Source: an uncultured Pseudomonadota bacterium (GTDB lineage: Bacteria; Oederibacteriota; Muellerivitia; Muellerivitales; Muellerivitaceae). From it: 64,000 bases of DNA. Position 1 is the first letter of the stretch. Each line of letters opens with the position of its first letter. A program made the position numbers and the translations under genes. Location: assembly GCA_963770835.1 (NCBI GenBank), contig CAVYRH010000026.1, forward strand, positions 384,001-448,000, given 5' to 3'. The notes beneath the pieces are model-generated. The model saw nothing but the letters and a program-made list of their open reading frames with translations, was not told the DNA's origin and ran no database searches. Below are positions 19,988 to 29,654 of this stretch, piece by piece.

Positions 19988-20704
19988 CTATGAAAAAACA
20001 GCAACCGGTTTTTCCACGCGGAAGGACCTCAACCCGCCCCGAGCCCGCAGGGCCTTGAGAATCACCTTCGATTTGGCGGCTCGCTCCAATGTTTTTCCGA
20101 ATAGGGGATCGGTATCTTTTTTTGGGCTGACGGATTTTCCCAGAGGATTTTGAAGAACGAAAAAAACGAAGCATTTCGTCTTGGGTTTTTGGGACAAGGT
20201 CATCAGTTCCTTTAAGTGCTTAGTGGCCCGCTCGGAAGGGGCGTCGGGAAAGAATCCTCTCCCTTTTTCATCCACCAAGGTGACGCATTTCACCTCGATC
20301 CAGGCCTTTTCCCCGGTCTTGGAACTTTTCGCCAGGAAGTCAAAACGGGTATGGGCGTTCAGGGGCACCTCGGCCTGGAGCTGGTCGTAATCCGTAAGGT
20401 CCTTCAGGCGGCCTTGCTGCCAGGCTTCGTGAACCAGTTTGGGGGCGATGTTGGCTTCGATGCAGACCCAATTGCCCCGGTAAAAGGCGAGCCGTATGGA
20501 ATACCGGGTCTTGCGAAAAGTTTTGAATCGGGATGAATGGTCGACCAGGGCCACCTTGGCCCCCGGAAACAATAATTCCTTAAGCCGCCCCGAATTGGTC
20601 ACATGGCAGTATTCCCGTCGGCCCTTAACCATAACGATGGCGCCGAAGCGGTGGAGTCTCTCAACAAATATGCCCAAAACGAGGGGGACTTCAGGCCAGA
20701 CCAA
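19988..20704 (-). CDS. sfsA: DNA/RNA nuclease SfsA
   Basis: HVTNSGRLKELLFPG, RFDF, WIEVKCVTL, FPDAPSERATKHLKEL. Confidence 0.92.
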   Translation of the reverse strand: MVWPEVPLVLGIFVERLHRFGAIVMVKGRREYCHVTNSGRLKELLFPGAKVALVDHSSRFKTFRKTRYSIRLAFYRGNWVCIEANIAPKLVHEAWQQGRLKDLTDYDQLQAEVPLNAHTRFDFLAKSSKTGEKAWIEVKCVTLVDEKGRGFFPDAPSERATKHLKELMTLSQKPKTKCFVFFVLQNPLGKSVSPKKDTDPLFGKTLERAAKSKVILKALRARGGLRSFRVEKPVAVFS

Positions 20705-20809
20705 GGGTTTCTCCTGGAAGTAAAATCATCGGCTGTTTTAAGGTAAAATATTACGCATTAAAGGGTTTTGCCTTAAAGTAGAGCTTGGTTTCACACCACT
20801 CGACATTCT

Positions 20810-21808
20810 ATGAAAAAGGAAACAATGGTTCTCCCTCAAATCTTCCGGCGAGTCGGTCTCACTTTTGGCTTGGTCCTTTTGGGCACAGGAGCGGCTAGGG
20901 CAACACCCGAGCAAGACTTCCAGAACCAAGCCCAAGCGGACTACCAAACCATAGCGGATTACGTTAACGCCCAGTTTTCCAAGAGCATGGGTTTTATCAC
21001 CACGCTCGGTTGGAATACACCTCCCGGCGTATTCGACATCCTCAGCGGCCCCCGCGTAGAAGTGGGCGTGGGCGCTGGGGCAGACTTGATGGGCTTGCCC
21101 AACCTCAACAACCTTTCCTTGGGGGCCATCAACCTGGGCTCCAATTTCAACCTCCCTTCCAGCATTCCCTTTCCCTTCCCTGTCATTACGGGGCGGGTGG
21201 GTTTAATTAACGGCTTGGATTTGGGGGCCAAGTTTCTTTACCTGCCCCTCGTCAGTTTTTCGGACTTGGGCTTCACCGCCAATTATTTCGGCTGGGGACT
21301 CGATTTGCGATACAAGATATTGGACGGTATCCAACTACCTACCGTGACGGTGGGCGTGAGCTTGGACTCAATGCAAGGAAGCTTCAACTTGAAGACGGCG
21401 ATCAATCAAACCAGTACTTATAACGATGGAGGAACCCAGTATCCCAATATTTCTTTCATGGGGACCAACAACTACAACCTAGATTGGAACACGAAGAGTT
21501 TTGGGGCCCAAGTGCAAGTTGGGAAGGATTTGGGGGTGCTTTATCCCTTCGCGGCGGTTGGTTTTCAGAGGAATTCGGGCAACATTTCATCCATTATGAA
21601 CGGAAGTGGAAACCTTACCATTCCTCCTCCGGGAGCCAATACGCCCACCCCTGTGAATGTAACGGCGATTAGCAACTCGCCGTCCGTCTATTTCGAGCCT
21701 AAGTTCGTCCTGGGGCTTGATTTCGGCGCGGGGATCCACTGGGCGGTGGTGGGGGAATCCAACGGCACCGATATCGCCGGAAGCACGAGCTTCCGTGTCC
21801 AATTCTGA
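20810..21808 (+). CDS. Outer-membrane beta-barrel protein of unknown function
   Basis: Signal peptide, amphipathic strands, C-terminal FRVQF. Confidence 0.65.
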   Translation: MKKETMVLPQIFRRVGLTFGLVLLGTGAARATPEQDFQNQAQADYQTIADYVNAQFSKSMGFITTLGWNTPPGVFDILSGPRVEVGVGAGADLMGLPNLNNLSLGAINLGSNFNLPSSIPFPFPVITGRVGLINGLDLGAKFLYLPLVSFSDLGFTANYFGWGLDLRYKILDGIQLPTVTVGVSLDSMQGSFNLKTAINQTSTYNDGGTQYPNISFMGTNNYNLDWNTKSFGAQVQVGKDLGVLYPFAAVGFQRNSGNISSIMNGSGNLTIPPPGANTPTPVNVTAISNSPSVYFEPKFVLGLDFGAGIHWAVVGESNGTDIAGSTSFRVQF

Positions 21809-21859
21809 AAGCAGCCGTCAGGAAGAGATTGAGGCTCGAGCAAAAAGGTAACCATTAAT

Positions 21860-22069
21860 ATGCCAAACACAAAGAAATTAAACCGAATTTCCTTCGTGGA
21901 CCAAAACGAATGCACGGGCTGCGAGGCCTGCGTGGTGGAAACATCCAAGGTTTTCCGCATGACGTCGGACGGACTCTCGGAGGTTTTTAATCCCCAGGGG
22001 GACACGGAGGAAAAAATCCAGGCGGCCATGGACAGCTGTCCGGTTGCCTGTATTCATTGGAAAAAGTAA
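21860..22069 (+). CDS. Ferredoxin (single cluster)
   Basis: CTGCEAC ... CPVACI. Confidence 0.9.
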   Translation: MPNTKKLNRISFVDQNECTGCEACVVETSKVFRMTSDGLSEVFNPQGDTEEKIQAAMDSCPVACIHWKK

Positions 22070-22100
22070 AAAGGTAGTTGACCGGCTTAAGGAGCTGAAA

Positions 22101-22559
22101 ATGTCGATCCACACGGGATGGATGGAAAAACGGCAGTTCGAGCGCATCGACGCTTCCGTCAAAGTGACCTATTGCCTGGTCCCCAAGGCCGAACTGTTGA
22201 ATATCCTTTCCGATCCGGCCTACCGGGAGTCCTCCGCGGACCACCTGCCCGAACTTTCTAAAAAGTCCGCCGTCTTCCATGCCGTCACGCGCGACATTTC
22301 CATGGGCGGCATGTCACTGGTCGGGCAAGCGTCCTTTCCCGAGGATTCGGCGCTTCAAATCCACCTTTACCTTCCAGGTTACCCAACTCCCATTACCTTA
22401 ATCGCCGAGGTGGTCCGGGCCCAGGTTGAAAGCAATGCCTCCAGCGGCGCTACCTACCGGGCCGGAATCAAGATCCTGGCCGTCAACCGCAAGGACGTCG
22501 TCCACCTGGACAAGTATCTTTTGGCCGAGAAAATCCGCCAGCGTAGCGGCGGCAAGTAA
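22101..22559 (+). CDS. PilZ domain protein
   Basis: RQFER (RxxxR) and DISMGG (DxSxGG). Confidence 0.88.
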   Translation: MSIHTGWMEKRQFERIDASVKVTYCLVPKAELLNILSDPAYRESSADHLPELSKKSAVFHAVTRDISMGGMSLVGQASFPEDSALQIHLYLPGYPTPITLIAEVVRAQVESNASSGATYRAGIKILAVNRKDVVHLDKYLLAEKIRQRSGGK

Positions 22560-22640
22560 CGGCAGTTGCAGTCCCCAGTCCTCCGTCGGCAACACAGCTT
22601 TTAAAGGCTTCGTTTAGAACTGCCAATTGCGGGCAGCAAC
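22560..22640. repeat. Degenerate heptamer-arm element
   Basis: GGCAGTTGCAGTCCCCAGTC ... AACTGCCAATTGC. Confidence 0.4.
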
Positions 22641-22661
22641 CTGGTTTCCGGTGGTGGATTT

Positions 22662-23537
22662 TTGACCCCCCAAAACTCCCTTAAAATCATCTCAACCGTC
22701 AAAGCCGGGGCTTACGACATTCCCGGCCATCCGGAACACCCCTTGCGGATTCTCCGTTCTCTGGACCACTTGAAGTCCCTTCTTCCCGCCCAGTCTTTCC
22801 AGGAGCCCTCGGCGGTCCCACTGGAGAAGATCAAGGCCGTCCACGCCGACAGCGTCATCAAGGTGGTTCAAAAAGAGGGGTTCTTCGACCCCGACACGCC
22901 CGGGGCTCCGGGGATTTGGGAATGCAGCCTCCTTTCGGCCGGTGCGGCACTCCAGGCCGCCGCTGAAAGCCTGAAGGGGACCAAGGTTTTTTCCCTGATG
23001 CGGCCGCCCGGCCACCACGCCACGCCGGACCGGGGAATGGGCTTTTGTTATTTCAATTCCATGGCCGTGGCCATCCAGGACATGGTCCGACAAAAGCTGG
23101 CCCAAAGGGTCGCGGTGCTGGACCTGGACTGCCACCACGGCAATGGCACGGAGGATTTCTGCTTTGGCAAGGAAGAGTTCATGTATCTCTCCCTGCATCA
23201 GTTTCCGGCCTATCCCGGCACGGGGCGGCAATCCCGGGCCAATTGCGTGAATTACCCCATGGCCCCGGGCACCGAGGAAGGGGATTATTTCCCGGCGATG
23301 GAGGACGCCTTGAAGCGCATCCAAGCCTTCAAACCGGATTTGGTAGGCGTTTCCATGGGGTTCGACACCTATGAGAAGGACCCCTTGACCCAATTCGGGA
23401 TAACGCGGAAAGACTACCGGAGAATGGGAAAGTGGCTGGGTGAGTCCGACTTTCCGATTTTCGCGCTCCTGGAAGGCGGCTACCACGACGACCTGCCGTT
23501 TTTAATTGAGGAGTTCCTCGAGGGTTGGGCGGGATGA
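22662..23537 (+). CDS. Histone deacetylase family protein
   Basis: HPEHPLR, RPPGHHA, GFCYFN, DLDCHHGNGT, SLHQ, GFD, LEGGY. Confidence 0.93.
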   Translation: MTPQNSLKIISTVKAGAYDIPGHPEHPLRILRSLDHLKSLLPAQSFQEPSAVPLEKIKAVHADSVIKVVQKEGFFDPDTPGAPGIWECSLLSAGAALQAAAESLKGTKVFSLMRPPGHHATPDRGMGFCYFNSMAVAIQDMVRQKLAQRVAVLDLDCHHGNGTEDFCFGKEEFMYLSLHQFPAYPGTGRQSRANCVNYPMAPGTEEGDYFPAMEDALKRIQAFKPDLVGVSMGFDTYEKDPLTQFGITRKDYRRMGKWLGESDFPIFALLEGGYHDDLPFLIEEFLEGWAG

Positions 23538-23575
23538 GTCCGCTTCACCGTAGAGGAAGGCTTTTAGATCTTGTT

Positions 23576-23690
23576 GTCATTGCGAGGAAGTCGACAGACT
23601 AACGAAGCAATCCATACCAATCCAGAAACTGCAGTTCTTTGGATATTTGGATTGCCGCGTTGGCCAAATGAATGGCCTCCTCGCAATGAC
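23576..23690. repeat. GTCATTGCGAG...CTCGCAATGAC REP-like palindrome pair
   Basis: GTCATTGCGAGGAAG...GAAGCAATCC and GGATTGCCGCG...CCTCGCAATGAC. Confidence 0.8.
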
Positions 23691-23711
23691 GTATACTAAA
23701 ACGGAATCCAC

Positions 23712-24488
23712 ATGAAAAATCCCATTATCACTTTACTCACCGATTTCGGCACCAAGGACCCCTTCGTCGGAGTCATGAAGGGTGTCCTCCTTTCCATATG
23801 CCCCGGTGCTCAACTGGTGGACCTTTCCCATGAGGTGCCACCTCAATCCGTCCTCGCGGCGGCCTTCCTTTTGAAAACTTCCATCGGTTATTTTCCCAAA
23901 GGTACGGTTCATTTGGCAGTGGTGGACCCGGGCGTGGGAAGCGCCCGCAAAGCCGTCGCGCTCAAGAGTAGGGGTCATTTTTTCGTGGGGCCCGACAACG
24001 GCCTGCTTTCAGCCGCCTTAAAGGACAGGGGAATCGAACGAGTCGTGGAGCTAACGCAGAGGAAATACCAACTTCCCAATCCCAGTTCCACCTTCCATGG
24101 GCGGGATATTTTCGCATCCGTCGCCGCTCACTTAGCAAAAGGCATTCCTTTGGCGCGGTTGGGGACGAAACAAAACAATTGGATTTGGCGGGAAATTCCT
24201 AAGGCTTATAAAACCCACCAAGGCTGGGTAGGTCAGGTGCTTTGGGTGGACCACTTCGGCAATTTGGTCACCAACTTGGAACGGAAGCATATTCCTAAAA
24301 TCTTCCGTCTGAAGATCGGCAAAACCGTCATCGTAAACTTAAGCTTGGCTACCCATTACGCCCAAGTCAAAAAGGGAACTGTCATTGCCCTTATCGGTTC
24401 CTCAGGGAATTTGGAAATTTCGATCAACGGTGGCAACGCCGCCCAAAAACTCGGGGCTTCAATAGGAGTACCCGTTACTTTGGCTTAG
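23712..24488 (+). CDS. SAM hydroxide adenosyltransferase / chlorinase-fluorinase family (DUF62)
   Basis: ITLLTDFG, VVDPGVGS, GPDNGL, STFHGRDIF, VDHFGN. Confidence 0.93.
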   Translation: MKNPIITLLTDFGTKDPFVGVMKGVLLSICPGAQLVDLSHEVPPQSVLAAAFLLKTSIGYFPKGTVHLAVVDPGVGSARKAVALKSRGHFFVGPDNGLLSAALKDRGIERVVELTQRKYQLPNPSSTFHGRDIFASVAAHLAKGIPLARLGTKQNNWIWREIPKAYKTHQGWVGQVLWVDHFGNLVTNLERKHIPKIFRLKIGKTVIVNLSLATHYAQVKKGTVIALIGSSGNLEISINGGNAAQKLGASIGVPVTLA

Positions 24489-25299
24489 CGTGTTTGGTTC
24501 GATAGGCCCAGGTCTTTTCATCCTTGCCGTTTTTTAAAATTTTGAATATCTGGCCGTGGATTTTGCCGTTGCTGGCGAGCGCGTTTTCACCCAGCAGGTC
24601 AAAGGGTTTTCCCGTAATGTCGGTTACTTTACCCCCGGCCTCGGTCACCATTAAAACCCCCGCCGCCATGTCCCAAGCCTGGATACCCCTTTCCCAGAAA
24701 CCGTCGAAGCGGCCTGCCGCCACGTAAGCCAGGTTCATGGCCGCCGAACCGTCGCGCCGAACGCCTTGGGTCTTTAGGACAAATTGGCGGAAGTTATCCA
24801 GGTTGTAATGGGTCTCCCGCACGGCATAGGCGAACCCGGTGCAGACCAGGCTTTCTTCCAGGCTCCCGGTCGCCGATATCCGCAGACGCCGGCCATTGAG
24901 GAAGGCTCCCCGGCCCCTTTCGGCCGTGAAACATTCATCCCGCAGGGCATCGTAAATCACACCCGCGATAGGCTTTCCGTTTTGGACTAGGGCGATGGAA
25001 CAGCAAAAAAAGGGGTAGGCATGGGTGTAATTCGTGGTGCCGTCCAAGGGGTCCACCAGCCATGTGTAATCCGACTGGTTCTTTTGCTGGCCACTTTCCT
25101 CCCCCCAAAAATTATGGGTGGGGAAGCGTGCCTTTAACATAGAAAGGACGGCTTTTTCGCATTGCTGGTCCACTTCCGTCACTAGATTCAGCTTGTTCTT
25201 GGATTTGAAACGGATGTGGAGAACATGCCCATAGTGCTTTTTCTGAATACGGCCCGCCGTGCGGGCGGCCTGGACGGCGGTTTTGAGGTAAAGATTCAT
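24475..25299 (-). CDS. suhB: Inositol monophosphatase family protein
   Basis: LVTEVD, GEE, DPLDGTTNY, RRDGSAA, WDMAAG. Confidence 0.92.
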   Translation of the reverse strand: MNLYLKTAVQAARTAGRIQKKHYGHVLHIRFKSKNKLNLVTEVDQQCEKAVLSMLKARFPTHNFWGEESGQQKNQSDYTWLVDPLDGTTNYTHAYPFFCCSIALVQNGKPIAGVIYDALRDECFTAERGRGAFLNGRRLRISATGSLEESLVCTGFAYAVRETHYNLDNFRQFVLKTQGVRRDGSAAMNLAYVAAGRFDGFWERGIQAWDMAAGVLMVTEAGGKVTDITGKPFDLLGENALASNGKIHGQIFKILKNGKDEKTWAYRTKHAKPK

Positions 25300-25552
25300 T
25301 AGTTCCCTTTTTTTAGGATATTCGGGGGATTCTAACAGTTTCGAAAAATAAATATCCCTTAAAACTCTTGAGAATGCTTTTGGTTGGTTCTGACTTGTCG
25401 GTTTAGGGAAAGTTTAAGGTATAATTGCCCTGTTATTTCCTGGGGTACTTATTTTTTCCCCGTTTTAGATAGCCCATATTTTCCCCATTGCCCGACCGAG
25501 GGGATTTTTATGTAGATATATGAAAGCAGTTTGAAAGCAGAAACTCGCTGAA

Positions 25553-25565
25553 GGAAGCGCTTACA
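25553..25565. promoter_or_regulatory. Candidate LacI-family operator
   Basis: GGAAGCGCTTACA with a CG-centred palindrome, upstream of the lacI-family gene. Confidence 0.5.
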
Positions 25566-25693
25566 AGGACGACACCCTCATTTTTCTGGTTAGATTGGGC
25601 AAAGCCCGACCAAGGCAATGAGGGTCGCACAGTTTTCATTTTTTGGGCCTTCGGCCCACGGTTTGTTGATAGATAAACTGCGCAGGAGCCAAA

Positions 25694-26749
25694 ATGACCA
25701 TCACTATTTACGATGTTGCCTCTAGGGCGGGAGTCTCCATCTCCACCGTTTCGCGGGTTTTAAACAACAACCCCAACGTGCTGGAGGACACCCGCCAAAG
25801 GGTTTTAAAGGCCATCGCGGAACTCCAATTCAAGCCTAACCCCATCGCCCGCGGGTTGGTGGTGAAACAAACCAACCTCATCGAGGTTCTTTTTTCATGG
25901 GCGGGCCCCGTTTTCAACATGGCCGGCTACCAATTCAACCTGCAAAGCGCCTGGTACGTGGGCATGTTGAACGGCATCAACGAGGTGGTCCAGGAAAAAC
26001 AATACGGGTTGCTTATCAACACCATCTCCGGGGTGTTCGATCCCCAGGAAGTTTACCGCCGGGTTTTTAATAACGCGGTGGACGGGGTCCTGATGGTTTC
26101 CCCCTACTTGGAGGAAAAGGACGTGGTTCAATTGATTGGAAGCCGCGTTCCCGTGGTTTTGATCGGCTACCGTACCGACGACCCGCGCACGGATTACGTG
26201 GATAGCGACAACCGGGGCGCCGCTGGGCTGGTGGTGGACCATCTCGTGGGCCTGGGACACAAGAAAATCGCCTGTATTTCGGGCCAGACCCGGACTTCCC
26301 GAAACGCGGCCGACCGGCTTGAGGGGTTTAAGACAACCATTGCGAAGCACGGCCTTTCCGTGCCCGAGGAATACATTGTGGAGGGCGACTTCCTGAAAAA
26401 GTCCGGAGCCGAAGCCATGCAAAAACTCATGGCCCTTCCCGACCGCCCCACCGCGGTTTTCGCCTCCAACGATTTGATGGCGTTAGGAGCCTGGGATGTT
26501 ATTGAGGAGATGGGCCTGACGGTCGGCAAGGACATTGCCCTGGTGGGTTTTGACGACATCGCGGAGGCTTTCACGCCGCCCTACTCCCTGACCACCGTGA
26601 GGCAGGATTACCGTACCATCAGCATGGAGGCCACCCGTATCCTCATCGAAAAAATCCATCACCCGGAAAATTGGAAGCCCCAGCAGGTTCTCGTGCCCGC
26701 CCAATTGATCGTGCGCCAGTCCTGCGGGTCCAAAAAGAAGTTGTTTTAG
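25694..26749 (+). CDS. LacI-family transcriptional regulator
   Basis: TIYDVASRAGVSISTVSRVLN; PTAVFASNDLMA; VGFDD; LTTVRQ. Confidence 0.96.
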   Translation: MTITIYDVASRAGVSISTVSRVLNNNPNVLEDTRQRVLKAIAELQFKPNPIARGLVVKQTNLIEVLFSWAGPVFNMAGYQFNLQSAWYVGMLNGINEVVQEKQYGLLINTISGVFDPQEVYRRVFNNAVDGVLMVSPYLEEKDVVQLIGSRVPVVLIGYRTDDPRTDYVDSDNRGAAGLVVDHLVGLGHKKIACISGQTRTSRNAADRLEGFKTTIAKHGLSVPEEYIVEGDFLKKSGAEAMQKLMALPDRPTAVFASNDLMALGAWDVIEEMGLTVGKDIALVGFDDIAEAFTPPYSLTTVRQDYRTISMEATRILIEKIHHPENWKPQQVLVPAQLIVRQSCGSKKKLF

Positions 26750-26858
26750 TTTTAAGGGGAAAATGGAACCACAAGGGCATCCCGCCTTGCATGATCCGCT
26801 TGCGGATCATGCGGGATCGTACCACCTTTTATAAAAATCCTTTGATTAATGATAGGTG

Positions 26859-26951
26859 GCACACGAAGGGCACTAAGAGCGGCAAAGTCCCCGGTTTGAG
26901 CTTAAATCCACACCTTGCTTTTCTTCGTGCCCTTTGTGTCTTCGTGGTTCA
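26859..26951. repeat. Nonamer-arm palindromic element
   Basis: CACGAAGGGCACTAAGAG ... CTTCGTGCCCTTTGTGTCTTCGTGGT. Confidence 0.65.
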
Positions 26952-27042
26952 AGCCTTTGTTGTTCAACAAAGTTGCGGGGGCACTCACCGGCTGTTACAA
27001 TGCCTACCGCTTTGCCTTTCATCCACCGTATCAGGACGTGAC

Positions 27043-27768
27043 ATGGGAAGACTCATGCAAATCCTCGGCGTCATCCTGGCCTTGGCCCTTGTTTACGCCA
27101 TCATGGCGGGGTTAGGCCTGACCCAAGGGTTTAAACACCATAAAACAACCCTTAAAACGGAAATTATCACGGATTTTGAGGACACCACCGACGATTTCGA
27201 CTGGACCACCGGCGGTTATGTGAAGATCGAGCCTTCCACGGAAAACAAGACCCACGGAAAGTACAGCGCCAAGGCAACCTTCCTCCTCGCGGGACAATTT
27301 TTGAACGTGCCCTCGCCCATCGCGGCCACCCAGTCGCAGCCGGCTTCCCCTCTTGAACCCACCCCTACCCCGGCTGTTCCTTGGCAGCCGGAGATGGTTT
27401 TGGACGTCAATTCGATTTCCCCGCTGAAAGTTTTTGAATGGCAGGATTACGCGGAATTAAAAATGGATGTTTTCAACGACCAAACCCAGCCGGTGACTTA
27501 TCACGTCGAGGTCGGGGACACCCATGCTTACCTTTATGAATCCTCCGGCCCACTGACGCCGAAAAAAGTCACCAACATCTCGATTTCCTTGGAAGACATA
27601 GCTAAGAATCGGGTGGATTTAAGCAACATCCGGTCCTTAAGGTTCTGGGTGGACACCGCCGGGGCCACCCAACCGGTCGTCGTGTACTTGGATTACATTC
27701 GCCTGGAAGGCGACGCCACGGCCCCCAAGTCCGCCAATCCCAGCACGACCCCCACGCCCCACCGCTAA
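27043..27768 (+). CDS. Membrane-anchored carbohydrate-binding-module-like (beta-sandwich) protein
   Basis: N-terminal TM; ITDFED...THGKYSAK...WQDYAELKMDVFN...DLSNIRSLRF...VYLDYIRLE. Confidence 0.6.
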   Translation: MGRLMQILGVILALALVYAIMAGLGLTQGFKHHKTTLKTEIITDFEDTTDDFDWTTGGYVKIEPSTENKTHGKYSAKATFLLAGQFLNVPSPIAATQSQPASPLEPTPTPAVPWQPEMVLDVNSISPLKVFEWQDYAELKMDVFNDQTQPVTYHVEVGDTHAYLYESSGPLTPKKVTNISISLEDIAKNRVDLSNIRSLRFWVDTAGATQPVVVYLDYIRLEGDATAPKSANPSTTPTPHR

Positions 27769-27771
27769 AAT

Positions 27772-27851
27772 CAGTCCACAGTCGACAGTTCGCAGCTCAC
27801 AGCAAAATCTTAACGTCGTTGCTGTCGACTGTGGAGTGCCGACTGCCGGCT
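27772..27851. repeat. Heptamer-arm palindromic element
   Basis: CAGTCCA-CAGTCGA-CAGTTCG-CAGCTCA-CAGCAA / TTGCTGTCGACTGTGGAGTGCCGACTGCCGG. Confidence 0.8.
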
Positions 27852-27856
27852 ATTTT

Positions 27857-29332
27857 TCAGAGGAAAAGAGTCGCGGAAACTTCGGTGCCGACCAGCCCAA
27901 TCGTATTAGAAGCATTATTCAAATCGCCGCTTTGTCCCAGCCAAAAACGGAAGTCCAACCGGCCAAAGGCCTTCTCGAGTCCCGCCCCCGCGTTGATGGT
28001 CGTCGTCAGGGCGCTGACGGAAGTGGCTGAATAGTCGTCCACCTCGGCTACGAGACCCAGGCGGAAGGCCAGGGTGGGGGAAACCCATTTTTCCCCGCCA
28101 AAGGCCAGCTGGTAATAAGAGTAGTTCAGGCCGGACAGGGACGAGGTGGTTCCCGGATTGTTGATGACGTCGCTGCCGTTGGTGTAACTCAGGCTCTTCC
28201 ACTGCAAGCCCATGGTGTATTCTTTGGGCGATTCCAGCCCGATTCCGAAAGAAGTACCGACCTGCTGTCGTTCCTTGTTGTCGGACACAGACCCGGTTGT
28301 CCTTAAGACATCCTGGTTATAGAAGTAACCGTCCAAATCCCCGCCCATCTTGAGGTTTTCCATTTCCGAAAGGGGAAGGGAAAGCTTGAAAGCGCCCGAC
28401 AGGTTCATCGATTGGTAGAGGTCTGAATGATATTTGTTCAGGTTTCCGAAATCCGGGGAGGTGAATGGAACCGATTCCTCAAAATCAGTATCGGTATTGA
28501 CCAGGGAAGCGGTAAAGCGGATTTTGGCGATGGAGGGAAGTTCATACAATAATTCGGCGCTCCACTGGGTGTAGTCGGTGGTGGCATTACTTTGGCTTAC
28601 GGTGAAGGAGGGGGAATTGTAGTAGAAGACGTTGAGACTTTTATTGAGGGGCGCGGAACCCAATTGGGTCTCAAAATAACCCCCGGCCTGCCAACGGGGG
28701 TCCTGGGGGGAGGTTGGACCGGGAAATGTGGTGATGAAGCCGGATTTGATAAAAAGCTGGTTTTGGCTGGCCGAGCCGGAAGCCAGCCCCACATTGGCAT
28801 TGTAGAGGCCGGGGTCATTGGCGGTGTCGTTTTCCATGTCCAGGATTTCCAGGCCCAGTGCGGCGAAGGGAAGGGCATAGGCGGCCCGGACCAGCCCGCG
28901 GTATTGGGAATCGGTTTCGCTGTCGTTGGAGTAATTGGCGGAAGGGACCCCCTGGTTGATAAGGGCGTCCCCCGTGACCTGCAGCGCCCAGTGGGGATCG
29001 GGAAAGAGCATTAAGCCCTCATATTTGATGGGGGTGTCGGTATAGCGGGGGATAGTAGTGAAGATTTGCTGTTTGTTAGTCCCCCAGGGGCCCTCCTGAT
29101 CCGAGTAGGACCATTCGCCCGAAAGGTCGAAGCGGTCCTTGGTGTTCAGGAGGACAAGGCCCGCGGGATTGCCATCCAGGAACAGATCCAGGTTGTCGGT
29201 TTCGTCGTCCAAGACCGTGGTCAGGCCGCCCGTGGCGTCCACCCGGGTCTCAGAAGCCCAACCCGCAGTGGTGGGCAGGACGCAAGCCGCCACGAAGGCC
29301 AGCCTAAAAGTCATTTGGGAAAAGGTCTTCAT
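27857..29332 (-). CDS. Outer-membrane beta-barrel protein (FadL-like N-terminus)
   Basis: Signal peptide; RVDATGG...NPAGL motif; alternating beta strands. Confidence 0.6.
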   Translation of the reverse strand: MKTFSQMTFRLAFVAACVLPTTAGWASETRVDATGGLTTVLDDETDNLDLFLDGNPAGLVLLNTKDRFDLSGEWSYSDQEGPWGTNKQQIFTTIPRYTDTPIKYEGLMLFPDPHWALQVTGDALINQGVPSANYSNDSETDSQYRGLVRAAYALPFAALGLEILDMENDTANDPGLYNANVGLASGSASQNQLFIKSGFITTFPGPTSPQDPRWQAGGYFETQLGSAPLNKSLNVFYYNSPSFTVSQSNATTDYTQWSAELLYELPSIAKIRFTASLVNTDTDFEESVPFTSPDFGNLNKYHSDLYQSMNLSGAFKLSLPLSEMENLKMGGDLDGYFYNQDVLRTTGSVSDNKERQQVGTSFGIGLESPKEYTMGLQWKSLSYTNGSDVINNPGTTSSLSGLNYSYYQLAFGGEKWVSPTLAFRLGLVAEVDDYSATSVSALTTTINAGAGLEKAFGRLDFRFWLGQSGDLNNASNTIGLVGTEVSATLFL

Positions 29333-29654
29333 CGGTCCCCGGCAGAAAGGTGGGTTTCGCCCTAACAGCGGGCGCCAGTATATCACGGGAAACCCTTTTG
29401 ATCCGCCCAGGAAAACCGTTAAAATAGAACCGAGGAACAACATTTAATCCTTGGCCGCGGGAGCGGCCGGGGACAACGCTGAGGCCGCGATCTGTCGACA
29501 GTCGTTGGTTCTTCCGCGAAAAATTCCAACCGCGAAATTTTGGACTTCCCCCAAATGCGGTGAACCACTTGATAAAGATTCTAAGTCCACGAGCATCCAT
29601 CGCGTAAAGCGTAAAGAAGGATGTTTTTGGACGGCTGTTGGAACAGAGGCAAGC

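Noticed and set aside
23712..24488. Halogenase (fluorinase/chlorinase) biosynthetic gene
   Set aside because: No biosynthetic context; most DUF62 members are SAM hydrolases.
25566..25630. c-di-GMP-I or c-di-AMP riboswitch
   Set aside because: GGGCAAAGCCC is superficially similar, but the other conserved elements are missing. Kept only as an unassigned structure.
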